DNA of 64,000 nt from Utricularia gibba. Lineage: Eukaryota; Plantae; Magnoliophyta. Positions 12,245 to 23,129 of this stretch are shown piece after piece; the first letter of the stretch is position 1, and each line of letters starts with the position of its first letter. Made by a program: the position numbers and the translations under genes. The stretch lies in NCBI GenBank assembly GCA_002189035.1, contig NEEC01000009.1, positions 496,001 to 560,000 of the forward strand. Reading direction: 5' to 3'. Under the pieces are notes generated by a model. The model saw only the letters and a program-made list of their open reading frames with translations, was not told the origin of the DNA and searched no databases.

Positions 12245-13114
12245 TGTGTGTATATTACAATTAAATAATTGAGTTAATAGTTATCCCAATGAAATAATTT
12301 ATTCCAAAAAATATTATTGTTAATCCATATCGTTTTAAAACTATACATAATCGATTCTCAGTCATTCATAATTGGATAAAATTGATCCATATAAAATATC
12401 ACTGTTTCTATAAACAATTTTGTGAAAATTATCCTCGTTATTTTTTTTCCAAAATAAGATTTTTATTTTTTATAATTTAATTTAATTTTTATTGAGGATA
12501 AATATATTCTTTTTTTCTATTTGTATCGCATGTCTAATAAAAGGAGAGATTTAGAAGATAGTGGTAAAATTTGATAATTTACTAAGATTAAAATCTTTTT
12601 ATATTTACTATTGTGAATAATAAATTTTTATATAGTAGGGTGTGAATATATTTCTGATTTGGTGATGAGCCATATAAAACTTTTGTATAATTTTTATTGA
12701 TTTTTCGCTCAATTTATTATTTAGGTAACGATTCCGTACAACATAAACCTTGGTTGATGAGAGAGTTTGAACATTAAGAAGCTAAAGAATTTAATTGAAA
12801 GTTTGCTAGTGAAATGATGATATTATTTAAGTTAGGAAAAATCCATGTAGAAATTAATCATCACTAATATTTATGTTTAGTAGAAGGGTTGATGATTTTA
12901 TAACAATCAAATAGGCTCTTCTTAATGTAGAGCTATTTAGCTTAAATCCACCTTTCCAGTGTGGAATGTCACTTGTATGTCATTTCTATTTGTATATATT
13001 ATTTAGAAATTAATTAAAATTTAATGCTTGACATTGAAAAAAAATATATTATTGAGAATTATTAATATGCCCCTATCCCTATATCTCGTGTGTTGTATCG
13101 GGTACCCGACCCGA

Positions 13115-13751
13115 TTAAACCTGACCCAAAAAAACGGGTTCGGATCGGACTATTCTACCCTTGGAACTGGAACCAGCGGGGTTGCAGTTATCCCTGATCG
13201 CCGTCAACTCGTACGGGGGTGCGTCGGATGCAAGCCACTGTTCGACGGCGAGCATCTGCTGCGCGCATTGCCGATGGGCGCCGGAGGACGTGACCTCGAC
13301 GTAGTTGCAGTACCATCCGTGGCCGGAGCCAGATCCGTCGGAGGTGAGATTCATCGCGCAGGCAGGGCACAAAAGGCAAGGCCCACGGCCGCTGAAAATG
13401 TCGAGGTTCCCTCTCTCGAAATAGTCGTGGCCGTAGCCCATTAACCCGCCCCACGATTCCAGATCGCCGATCACGAACCCGGATCCTGCGACGTCGTACA
13501 GCGTCAGGGAGATCGTCGAATCGGTGCCGCCTTTGATGATCGATCCCGTTCTCACGTACACGGTGTACACGCAATCCGATTCCGCCTGCAAAATCCGCCA
13601 TTTCCACGATTCAACGACGCAAACTGATAATCAAAACCAGCTTTTTGTAGGTATACGCATGTAACGTCAACTTTGGAAGAAGACGAAAACTCACAGATAC
13701 GGAGAAGAAGATACAGACACAGACAAAGAGGAAGAGCTTTTCGGTTTCCAT
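13115..13751 (-). CDS. PLAT/LH2-domain protein (plant stress PLAT family)
   Basis: Signal-peptide exon 13751-13695 (METEKLFLFVCVCIFFSVS), GT-AG intron 13694-13586, then exon 13585-13115 with CVYTVYVRTGSIIKGGTDS...YFERGNLDIFSGRGPCL...GWYCNYVEVT. Confidence 0.93.
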
Positions 13752-13999
13752 CTCTCAAGCTAACGCCGGATCGCACAACTTTCGAATCAAGGGGAAACTG
13801 ATTCACTGCGAGTATTTATAGTAAAACAAAGATGGTGGAGGTTCAGACAAGCTAGAATTGCGGGACGTGGATCTGAAAGGGTATGATCCTGATAGTGTAT
13901 GGAGTGCTTAGGATTCTTCAGACGAGTTTTGATGGAAGAAATTGATTGAGGATAAACAGGAGATATGGGATTTTAACTTTGGAATATATGAGATCTGAT

Positions 14000-14385
14000 T
14001 GTAAGGTATGAGAGAGTTTCTGCAGAACTGCACATACAAGAATACTGGGAACTCATATTTATAGGCTTCATATTCGACCGTTGCCGAAGTTACCGTTGTG
14101 TTTGTCAGTTGCTTCATCAACGGGAGGAGACGCTCCTCTTCTCATCACTGCTGTCTTCATCTTGTCGTAGTGCCACTTCGTTGTTGGGCTGAGCCTTCAA
14201 TGGGCCTCCATGAATGCTGGCCTAATGCTTGCAGGGCATGTACAGGTAGGAACCCATCACTAGAAATCCAGTTTGATTTCTATCCCCATTCATCTTCACG
14301 GGAGACTTCTCGTACTCTCGTGCCTTCTTCCCCAACTCTGCAATTCCGTATCCAGCTTCCTCATTTTGAGTTGTGGCAGGATCAA
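14000..14385 (-). repeat. Partial LTR lacking the first ~21 bp; about 2% diverged from the other two copies
   Basis: Reverse complement of 14726-15111 with about 8 substitutions counted by eye. The outer end is TG on the + strand (CA in LTR sense). The TATA box cctataaata is retained. Confidence 0.9.
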
Positions 14386-14704
14386 CAACTATGTGATGAC
14401 CTGAAGATCAACATCATCAAACCCATAGTGCTGAAAATAGACAATAAATCGGCAATCAGCATTGCTCAAAACCCGATGATGTTCGGACGGACAAAACACG
14501 TAAAAATCAAGTATCATGTACTCAGGGATTATGTTAAAGAAGGATCGATCAAGTTAGATTACTTACCTTCGGAGGAACAGGCTGCAGACATTCTTACGAA
14601 ATGTCTATTTCCAAGAAATTTCAACAGGATCCGCAGCATGCTAGGGCTGAGACCGAATCCGCTGGAGATTAAGCCAGAATCCAAATTCCTTCTTCAAGGA
14701 GGAA

Positions 14705-15111
14705 TGTTAGTGTGTGAAGAAGGAATTGATCCTGCCACAACTCAAAATGAGGAAGCTGGATACGGAATTGCAGAGTTGGGGAAGAAGGCACGAGAGTACG
14801 AGAAGTCTCCCGTGAAGATGAATGGGGATAGAAATCAAACTGGATTTCTAGTGATGGGTTCCTACCTGTACAAGCCCTGCAAGCATGAGGCCAGCATTCA
14901 TGGAGGCCCATCGAAGGCTCAGCCCAACAACGAAGTGGCACTACGACAAGATGAAGATAGCAGTGATGAGAAGAGGAGCGTCTCCTCCCGTTGATGAAGC
15001 AACTGACAAACACAACGGTAACTTCGGCAACGGTCGAATATGAAGCCTATAAATATGAGTTCTCAGTATTCTTGTATGTGCAGTTCTTCATAAACTCTCC
15101 CATACCTTACA
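14705..15111 (+). repeat. Complete 407 bp LTR (TGTTAG...CCTTACA) preceded by the polypurine tract AAGGAGGAA (14696-14704)
   Basis: TG...CA termini, PPT directly upstream, RNase H end upstream of the PPT, and TATA-like cctataaata near 15046-15055. Confidence 0.93.
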
Positions 15112-17004
15112 ACCAGAATTTGGATTCTGGCTTAATCTCCAGCGGATTCGGTCTCAGCGCTAGCATGCTGCGGATCCTGTTGAAATTTCTTGGAAATAGA
15201 CATTTCGTAAGAATGTCTGCAGCCTGTTCCTCCGAAGGTACGTAATCTAGCTTGATCGATCCTTCTTTAACATAATCCCTGAGTACATGATACTTGATTT
15301 TTACGTGTTTTGTCCGTCCGAACATCACCGGGTTTTGAGCAATGCTGATCGCCGATTTATTGTCTATTTTCAGCACTATGGGTTTGATGATGTTGATCTT
15401 CAGGTCATCACATAGTTTTATAATCCACTGAGTATGGTTCGCAGCATAAGCTCCAGCAATGTATTCTGCCTCGGTTGAGGACTGGGCGACCGAGTCTTGT
15501 TTCTTGCTGTTCCAAGAAAATACAGCAGAACCTAGATGAAACAGATATCCTGTGGTGGAGCGACAATCATTATCATCTCCAGCGAAGTCTGAGTCCACAA
15601 AACCCTGCAGGTTAGCTTCTGTCCCCTTTTTAAAATATAACCCAAAATTGATCGTAGCCTTCAGATAGCGAATGATTCTCTTGGCAATCTCCATGTGTAC
15701 CTTGTGAGGTTTGTGCATATACCTTAGAGGAAAGACACAGCGAACGTGATATCAGGGCGCGTGGCCATAAGGTACATTAGGGCCCCTATGATCCTTTGAA
15801 AGTCATGAGGATCACATCACTGGTTATCCATTTGCTTCATCTTGTGTTTCAGTTTTGGGGGAAACGGTATGGAGCTGTCTTTGGCATGCTGTTGCCCAAA
15901 TCTGAGTATAATATCTTCCATGTATTTCTTTTGATTCAGAAATATGTATTCATCCCCTTGTTGAATTTCCATTCCCAGAAAATAGCATACCATCCCGAGA
16001 TCTGCCAATTCAAATCTGCTTTTCAGTAGCTCCTTCTGTTCTTCAATCTGGTCAGCATTGCTTCCAGTAATGAGTATGTCGTCAACATACAGGGTTATAA
16101 TCACTTTGCCTTTGGAATTCTCCAGGATGTACAACGTGGTGTCATTCTTGCTTCTCATGTAGCCGGATTCTATGAAGTAAGTGTCTATAGTCCCATACCA
16201 CTCCTTGGGTGTCTGTTTTAAGCCGTAAAAGGCCTTTTTCAGTTTCAGTACTTTGTCTTTGCCTGCTTTGATCTCAAATTCGGGCGGCGGATGTACATAG
16301 ACATCCTCGTGGAGTTCCCCATTGAGGAAGGCACATTTTATGTCCAAGTGATACAACTTCCAGCGGAAACTTGCTGCCATTGCTACTACCAATTTTATGG
16401 TGTCGAGGCGAGCGACAGGGGCGAAGGTCTCAACATAGTCTATCCCTGCCCTTTGAAGGTACCCGAGAGCCACCAATCTTGATTTCAGTTTGTTGATAGT
16501 GTAGTCTGGATTCAGTTTCGGTTTTCGAATCCATTTGAGACCAAGAACTCTGGTATTTGCGGGTTTATCGACGACTTCCCATACATCATGCTTTTCAATG
16601 GAGGTCAGTTCCTCATACATCGATTTCTTCCACTCTGGATCTTTTAAGGCTTCTTGATTACTAATAGGCTCATAGATCAAAAGGCACTTGTCGAGAATGT
16701 CTTTGATATATCTATATTTGGGGTGAAGAGGTCGGTCACTGTTATCATGATAATCTTCATTGTTTTCAGGGTCTGTTTCAGAGAAGTGAAGAACATATCG
16801 TGCATAGAGTTCCTTTTCTTTGTCTGTCTCATTGTCATGTGATTCAGAGGCTGATATTTCTTGTAATAATCTAGGGGCGAAACAGGGGTTCCTAGCTGGA
16901 TGAACAATATTTGCTGAATCATCACTGGATTCAGTACCAACTGAGTCTCTGGAGAGGTCCTGCATGTATTCTTCTTGAAGGGTAAGATTAGGGTTGCTTT
17001 CACT
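15112..17004 (-). pseudogene. Copia pol fragment (RT + RNase H) with frameshifts
   Basis: ORF 15817-16965 has KSRLVALGY, DYVETFAPVAR, LDIKCAFLNG, LYGLKQ-like FYGLKQ and LYVDDILI. ORF 15107-15718 has GFVDSDFAGD, SSTEAEY, IDNKSAI and RTKHVKIKYH. Frameshifts occur near 15840 and 15725. Confidence 0.92.
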
Positions 17005-17735
17005 AGATGAAGCAAATGGATAACCAGTGGTGTGATCCTCATGACTTTCAAAGGATCATAGAGGCCCTAATGTACCTTACGGCCACGCGCCCTGATATCA
17101 CGTTCACTGTGTCTTTCCTCTAAGGTATATGCACAAACCTCACAAGGTACACATGGAGATTGCCAAGAGAATCATTCGCTATCTGAAGGCTACGATCAAT
17201 TTTGGGTTATATTTTAAAAAGGGGACAGAAGCTAACCTGCAGGGTTTTGTGGACTCAGACTTCGCTGGAGATGATAATGATTGTCGCTCCACCACAGGAT
17301 ATCTGTTTCATCTAGGTTCTGCTGTATTTTCTTGGAACAGCAAGAAACAAGACTCGGTCGCCCAGTCCTCAACCGAGGCAGAATACATTGCTGGAGCTTA
17401 TGCTGCGAACCATACTCAGTGGATTATAAAACTATGTGATGACCTGAAGATCAACATCATCAAACCCATAGTGCTGAAAATAGACAATAAATCGGCGATC
17501 AGCATTGCTCAAAACCCGGTGATGTTCGGACGGACAAAACACGTAAAAATCAAGTATCATGTACTCAGGGATTATGTTAAAGAAGGATCGATCAAGCTAG
17601 ATTACGTACCTTCGGAGGAACAGGCTGCAGACATTCTTACGAAATGTCTATTTCCAAGAAATTTCAACAGGATCCGCAGCATGCTAGCGCTGAGACCGAA
17701 TCCGTTGGAGATTAAGCCAGAATCCAAATTCTGGT
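17005..17735 (+). repeat. Inverted duplicate of the RT end/RNase H segment 15112-15842
   Basis: ORF 17129-17740 translates identically to 15107-15718. About 5 transitions were found by eye over 731 bp, and both copies share the CTC-TAA frameshift. Confidence 0.93.
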
Positions 17736-18142
17736 TGTAAGGTATGGGAGAGTTTATGAAGAACTGCACATACAAGAATACTGAGAACTCATATTTATAG
17801 GTTTCATATTCGACCGTTGCCGAAGTTACCGTTGTGTTTGTCAGTTGCTTCATCAACGGGAGGAGACGCTCCTCTTCTCATCACTGCTATCTTCATCTTG
17901 TCGTAGTGCCACTTCGTTGTTGGGCTGAGCCTTCGATGGGCCTCCATGAATGCTGGCCTCATGCTTGCAGGGCTTGTACAGGTAGGAACCCATCACTAGA
18001 AATCCAGTTTGATTTCTATCCCCATTCATCTTCACGGGAGACTTCTCGTACTCTCGTGCCTTCTTCCCCAACTCTGCAATTCCGTATCCAGCTTCCTCAT
18101 TTTGAGTTGTGGCAGGATCAATTCCTTCTTCACACACTAACA
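17736..18142 (-). repeat. Complete 407 bp LTR, inverted relative to 14705-15111
   Basis: Reverse complement of 14705-15111 with one difference seen (ggcttc vs ggtttc). Confidence 0.93.
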
Positions 18143-18379
18143 AGTTTGTGTGGAAAAGGGGTTTATTCTATGTAAGAGTTTTCAAAATCTTTAAAAACAG
18201 TGAAGAATTCATCAGAGGCAGGATGTATTTAAGCAGATTTGGCGAGATGGAAGATTTTTCCAGGTGCCAAAGACCACAAAAACTACTGCTGTTCTTTGAA
18301 AGTTGGGGATGTGCTGCAAATGCGTCCTTGTATGAATTTGAGCTCTCGTTGTCGGAGGCATTGGTGGGGGTGCTTAAGC

Positions 18380-20716
18380 CTAGAAGTCACAAAAACTATG
18401 TCTTTGAGGCACGCAATCTCGAAATTCCATGTTGGCTCCTACACAGGAGAAACCCTTCTCGTATCTTGGATCTTTCCGGCTGCTTGTCTGCACCTCCACA
18501 GCAAAGACGGCGCAGACAGGCCGGTGATCGGAAAATCTTGACTCGCCACGAATATAAGAAAGCTGCTCGATTCCGGAGCCACGCCATAGTATTCTATCAC
18601 ACCTGATAAAAGAAAGAAAATGGCACAGTGCTTCAGGCCAATGAAGCAGGAGATCCAAATTCCAGCATGATTTTACGCACAGATGAATTGGGTGGAAACT
18701 TGCCATGCCGGAGTCCTTCGTTTCTTCTTCGACTTGGTGGTTACTCCGGCGTATGAGTCGGAGTTTTGCGAGTACTTGTAAGTCGGAGGAAACATGATCT
18801 TCCCTTCTTTCCATCCAAGAAACACTCTTCCGCTCTCCCGTTCCCGTCTCAGCTGTTAATTTTATGCACGATCTTTTAAACGGCTTTAAATCTGATGAAA
18901 TTCAATAGTTAAACGTATAAACCAACCTGATCTTTCTCCAAGAGGGTGATCCAATCCTTATCCTCCAACAGGCGGTTTGCTTCTTGATAGTTCGCACAGG
19001 TTCTGTAGTTCAAGTCCCCGAACCAAATCGCACGGCTGAAAGGGATTTCATCATGATCTGTAGGGGTTACTTTTGGACAAAAGCTAAAAGGAATACTCAA
19101 AGCATGCATACTCATGGTCAATGATTCTCTCCGGTACTCTTCTGCTTGATCCTTTGCAAACCCGGACAAAAGTAGTGCTTTTTAGGATTTCCGCCACATC
19201 GGAGTTTCTCTTCAGCTCGTCCCCTTCCTTCTCGCCCGAGGCCAGGTGACTGCAGACGAAGCACAGGCTGGTCTTGTGCAGTGTCATGCTAATCGAAATG
19301 CATCCCTGCAGATTCATCCACGTATGTCATTACATATTTGGTAGTATAAAGTATATCTTCTGACAATGTAAGAAAAGAGTGAGGCAAACAACCTTATTGC
19401 CAAGGTATCCCATGATTCCTCTGCCAATGCAAGAAATTCTGAGGTGACTGATGTGCTTAACCAGCTCTCTCCGTGCCCAGATTGAAAGAAAGATGCCCAC
19501 CATTTGCTTGCTAGCAACAAGCTGATAATGTGGCCTCGACGGGACAGATATTCCGGCCGTCGAAAGGAGATCGTCGATGCTTGGAATAGGATTTCCATCC
19601 AAGGGATCCCTCATCTTCTTGACTCTAGGATTTGAGCATCCTCTGGGACAATTGCACCCTTTAAGACCATGATCATCCACCCTTATGTTCTTGAGAATGT
19701 CTTTGAGTGACGACGGTTTTTTGAACATTTTAGTCGAATTCGAGCTACTGTTCGAATCATGGTACGCCTTGTTTATAGCTTGACTTATCAAGAACAACCA
19801 TTTGGCTGCTGGCTCATTGTCCTCCATCACCAGAACATTCCCTGCGTTCAAGGGAACTATCTCCTGAAACCTGAGATAAAATATCAGATTTTTTTGCTTA
19901 AAAAACACGTTCTTCTGCAAGAGGAAGCATATCAGATTCTTACCCGAGTACATATAAGTCTGCTGAACCTTCCACCTGCAAGAAATCTTCAAGGTTGAGT
20001 CCGAGATTAGGCACGTTCCCTCCAACATTCCACGTCCCAACAAAAACCCTAAAATTTTACCGACAAAAATTGCCTTTTATACTACAGTTAAAAGAATCTT
20101 GAGAGAATCGAAGTCAGCTTTTTTACACAGTACCTGATGTCTTGTAGTACGGTTTCTGGATCCATTGATTCATCAAATGGTGAAAGATCCAGGCTCACGA
20201 TCTCCCCACTGCTATGCCTTTCTGAGAAAACAAACCATTCACAAAAAAAGGCTATCTGGTAAGATCTAAAGCTGCAACAGATCATGAATAAATACCTCTA
20301 GAGGAAGAGGAGGCTGATTCTTCAAGAAAGGCTCTTCTTCTGTATGCCCATTCTGCCCATGACCGCGTGGATGAATAGGGAAATGGAGAAAAGAAGCATC
20401 TGGTTTTTTATCAATTCTAAAGCCGTTACCATCCGATTGAAGGCTGTCTTCTTGTGAGTCTTCCCTGCCGCATTTTTTGGAACTGAAAATCTTCGGGATG
20501 ATGAACTTTTTTTGTTGTCAACAGAAACCAACGAAATCCGGGTCAAAATGAATTGGTAAAACAATAAATGCAACAGTGTTGGGTGACTACAAGTACCATC
20601 TTTTTCCGTTCAACTTTTGGGGGTGACGGTGGTGGGCTACCGCCGGAGCCGTCGTCTCCGCCGATGATGTTCGTCATGTTATCGTCATCGGCGGGCATGT
20701 CATCAATGAATGACAT
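18380..20716 (-). CDS. IP5P5: Type I inositol polyphosphate 5-phosphatase 5 (BST1/MRH3/DER4-like)
   Basis: Multi-exon gene with [75 protein letters not shown] and SDHRPV. It ends PQRHSFCDF, like the Arabidopsis At5g65090 product (recalled). Start ATG is inferred at 20716. Confidence 0.9.
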
Positions 20717-21239
20717 TACTCATCACATGACGAGAAAACCGTTTTCCTCATAAAGCGCCTGAGGGCAGATGCATTCTCTCTATTGTGTTGCTTCGGAAAA
20801 GGGGGGTGGCCGTCGCTGGCTGCTTTTCAAAAGAAATCATCTTCATTAATGCATCTGAGTTTCCGTGTCCGACTCTTTGCTTTTCTGCTAAAATAAAAAA
20901 CAATTCATTAATTACACTCACTCTGCCCCATTCCTTTTTCTTTTTTTTTAATAAATAATACATTGTTATTGAAGTTAAGCATGGATTTAGTTCTTGTTTT
21001 GAGGTGAATCACGTAACTTTTTTGTTGATTTTTTTGATCAATTTGTTATTTTGATAATGCTTCCACACAACAAGTGGTAGTTTATTTATGAAATTGATGC
21101 TTATCGTATACTTTGTGGTTACCATTAAATGGATCTTCTGCATCATAAAATAATTTAGTATATTTTATATTCTTCTAATTGATACAAGGCATCATGAAAT
21201 TTAAGATCTTCAGTATGATCAAGTTAAATGTGATGAATT

Positions 21240-22065
21240 ATCTCTCGTGAAAATAAATTGAAATCTAAGATTAATGAAGAATGTGGATTCGAGGATTATA
21301 AACCCTGCAATTTTATTTGGAAATGTTGCTTATAAAACACATACAAAGAGCTTATGATCTAAGCTTGAGAACATGTATGCATCCAAGATGGGTTAACGGA
21401 TTACTTTATGTCATAAAAATGATTATGTCGAAGTATAGAGAAGGGGCTTATGCTAGTGATCATCTAAATGAAATTCAAGAAATTTTGTGGCACTTGGTGA
21501 TAATGGTTATATCTTACTATGCACTTTGAAAATAACGTCACTTGTAGAACTTGTCATTTTGTGAACTTCATTGATGATCATTCTTGTAAAACTTGGATCT
21601 ATCTCATAAAGGTAAAGGATCAAATTTTTGAAAAGTTCAAACACTTTGTTGTGATAATGGAACGAGAAACTCAAAAGAAGATGAAATGTATCTGCACAAA
21701 TAGATGAAGTGTATCTATATAAATGACTTTTGATGTCTATTGTAAGGAGGTAGGAATCCAACACCAATTCACTATGGTAAAAATAATGTGGTTGAATGGT
21801 TTCACATAAATAATGAATCAAACTCTGATGGAAAGAATGAGATTTATTCTTTAGCATTCAAATATATTATAATGTTTTGGGGAATAAGTTATTTTTTCCC
21901 ACTCATATATATCACAAGTGTTTGGAAGAAGCTATTCTTATAATAACATATATTTTGTTTTTTTGTTACGTGTGTCTTTTGAGATATGATATACCATAGT
22001 AATTTGTTCTTATACCAAAGGATGAAGGATCGAAACTCGGTTCCAAGATACTTGAATATGTGTTC
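21240..22065 (+). mobile_element. Heavily decayed Tnt1-like copia gag/integrase remnant
   Basis: Fragments KLENMYASK (gag), KTWIYLIKVKDQIFEKFKHF...ERETQKKMKC, GIQHQFT, TLMERM and PKDERSKL (integrase), with many stops and indels. Confidence 0.75.
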
Positions 22066-22180
22066 ATTATGGTGAAACATAGCGGCAGACGTTCAAATCA
22101 ATCAAGGTCCAGATCGGTCAACTGTGCGACAGCCCACAAACAAAATCCAGACAGAAATGAAAGAACAGCGTACGCCGTAC

Positions 22181-22303
22181 GAGCCATGTACTTGGTGGCC
22201 GACGAGTATCGCAGTAAATGGAGCCCTTCACCAGAAAGGGATGGGCAGCAGAGCTGGCGCTAGCAATTGCAGGGACGACGCAAATCAAGAGACATGCTGC
22301 CAT
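22181..22303 (-). pseudogene. Pollen Ole e 1 allergen/extensin family exon 1 remnant
   Basis: Signal peptide MAACLLICVVPAIASASSAAHPF followed by LVKGSIYCDT. After an internal deletion (CRAGFET missing) the other frame reads SATKYMA up to a GT donor at 22180. No second exon is found before the copia remnant. Confidence 0.65.
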
Positions 22304-22626
22304 TTTCCCAGAAGATAGATATGAGAAACCGCGCCAGGGAAGAAAAGGAAAGGGGCAAGAGTTCACCCTCGACCACCGACGGTTCATTCATTCACAAGAT
22401 TCTGTAATAATTTCGACTTCCCAAAACTTCTGCAACAGCATTATTCTAATGGATTTTTTTTTTTTTTGGCCGGAAAATTTGGAGAGGAACTTCTCCTAGT
22501 ACAAGAGACGACGGGGCACAGGCACCCTTTCTACGACAGAAAGGCGGGACGTCTAAAACAACTTATTATCACCTACTGCATAACTGAGCTACATGACGCC
22601 GCCAGGACTCTTCCTCATTCTACCGA

Positions 22627-22908
22627 TCAAGTGCTCTTAGTCGTATATTTGGACTCATCGATCGGAATCCCTTCCTCCTCCGCCCTCTCCTGGCCAGACT
22701 TATCGCCCGTGCTCAGCCCGCCCTTCCGGCCCATCTCCTGATATCCCTCTGTTCCCAGTTGCTCCCTTCTTGTCTGCCCTCCGCGGCTCCTCCCTTCAGC
22801 CAGATGCTCCTGGGCCTCCAGGCTTTTGCCGCCGGTACCTCCGGGGACCACCGTCTCCCCCTGCTTCGCTCTCGCGTCCAAATCGCGCCTCTCCTGCTCG
22901 GAAGACAT
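22627..22908 (-). CDS. Em: Em protein (group 1 LEA), 93 aa, intronless
   Basis: [67 protein letters not shown] is the canonical Em sequence with one 20-mer motif. Confidence 0.97.
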   Translation of the reverse strand: MSSEQERRDLDARAKQGETVVPGGTGGKSLEAQEHLAEGRSRGGQTRREQLGTEGYQEMGRKGGLSTGDKSGQERAEEEGIPIDESKYTTKST

Positions 22909-22970
22909 TGTGATTCTCTTGTGAACAGAAAATGTAAACGTGTGCCCAAACATCCTGCTCCCCTGCATTA

Positions 22971-23129
22971 CTTATAGCACAAAAATGGTGGAGGCTGCGG
23001 GCCGCGTGGCCTACTACGCGGCAGAAGGACAGAAAAAGTGTCGCGAGCAAGCATTCGGTGAGCCCAAGAAGAGTGACGCGTGTCACATAGACCAACCAGT
23101 ATGTTCGGAAACCATTCCAATGGCGTGGC
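22971..23129 (-). promoter_or_regulatory. Em promoter with TATA and ABRE/CE3-type elements
   Basis: TATAAG (minus) at 22971-22976, CCGCGTGGC at 23002-23010, exact CE3 core ACGCGTGTC at 23076-23084, and GCGTGGC at 23123-23129. Confidence 0.7.

Larger units (their letters stand above)
14000..18142. mobile_element. Rearranged, non-autonomous Ty1/copia retroelement with three LTR copies and inverted duplications of RT/RNase H
   Basis: Order on the + strand: partial LTR(-) 14000-14385, RNase H end + PPT(+) 14386-14704, LTR(+) 14705-15111, RNaseH/RT(-) 15112-17004, RT end/RNase H(+) 17005-17735, LTR(-) 17736-18142. Gag and integrase are absent. No TSD (ctgat vs agttt). Confidence 0.93.

Noticed and set aside
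12600-12960. Faint copia RT/RNase H-like words in AT-rich DNA
   Set aside because: Too decayed to translate into a convincing motif series by eye.
14098-14994. 298 aa ORF spanning inverted LTR, RNase H end and LTR
   Set aside because: It starts at GTG and is a by-product of the rearrangement. Only the central part is RNase H; the rest is LTR read in arbitrary frames.
14705-18142. Inverted repeat as a pure long-read fold-back artefact
   Set aside because: The arms differ by about 6 transitions, are separated by a 1.16 kb unique spacer, and a third diverged copy exists. Missed-adapter chimeras give spacer-less identical palindromes. Read-level confirmation is still advisable.
13995-18147. Target-site duplication for the copia element
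   Set aside because: The flanks ctgat and agttt do not match. The resemblance of ctgat to the internal ctggt is better explained by the fold-back junction.
22443-23124. Possible TSD around Em (attctaatgga vs attccaatggc)
   Set aside because: Only a 9/11 match, and it would place the promoter inside a retrocopy; likely chance.
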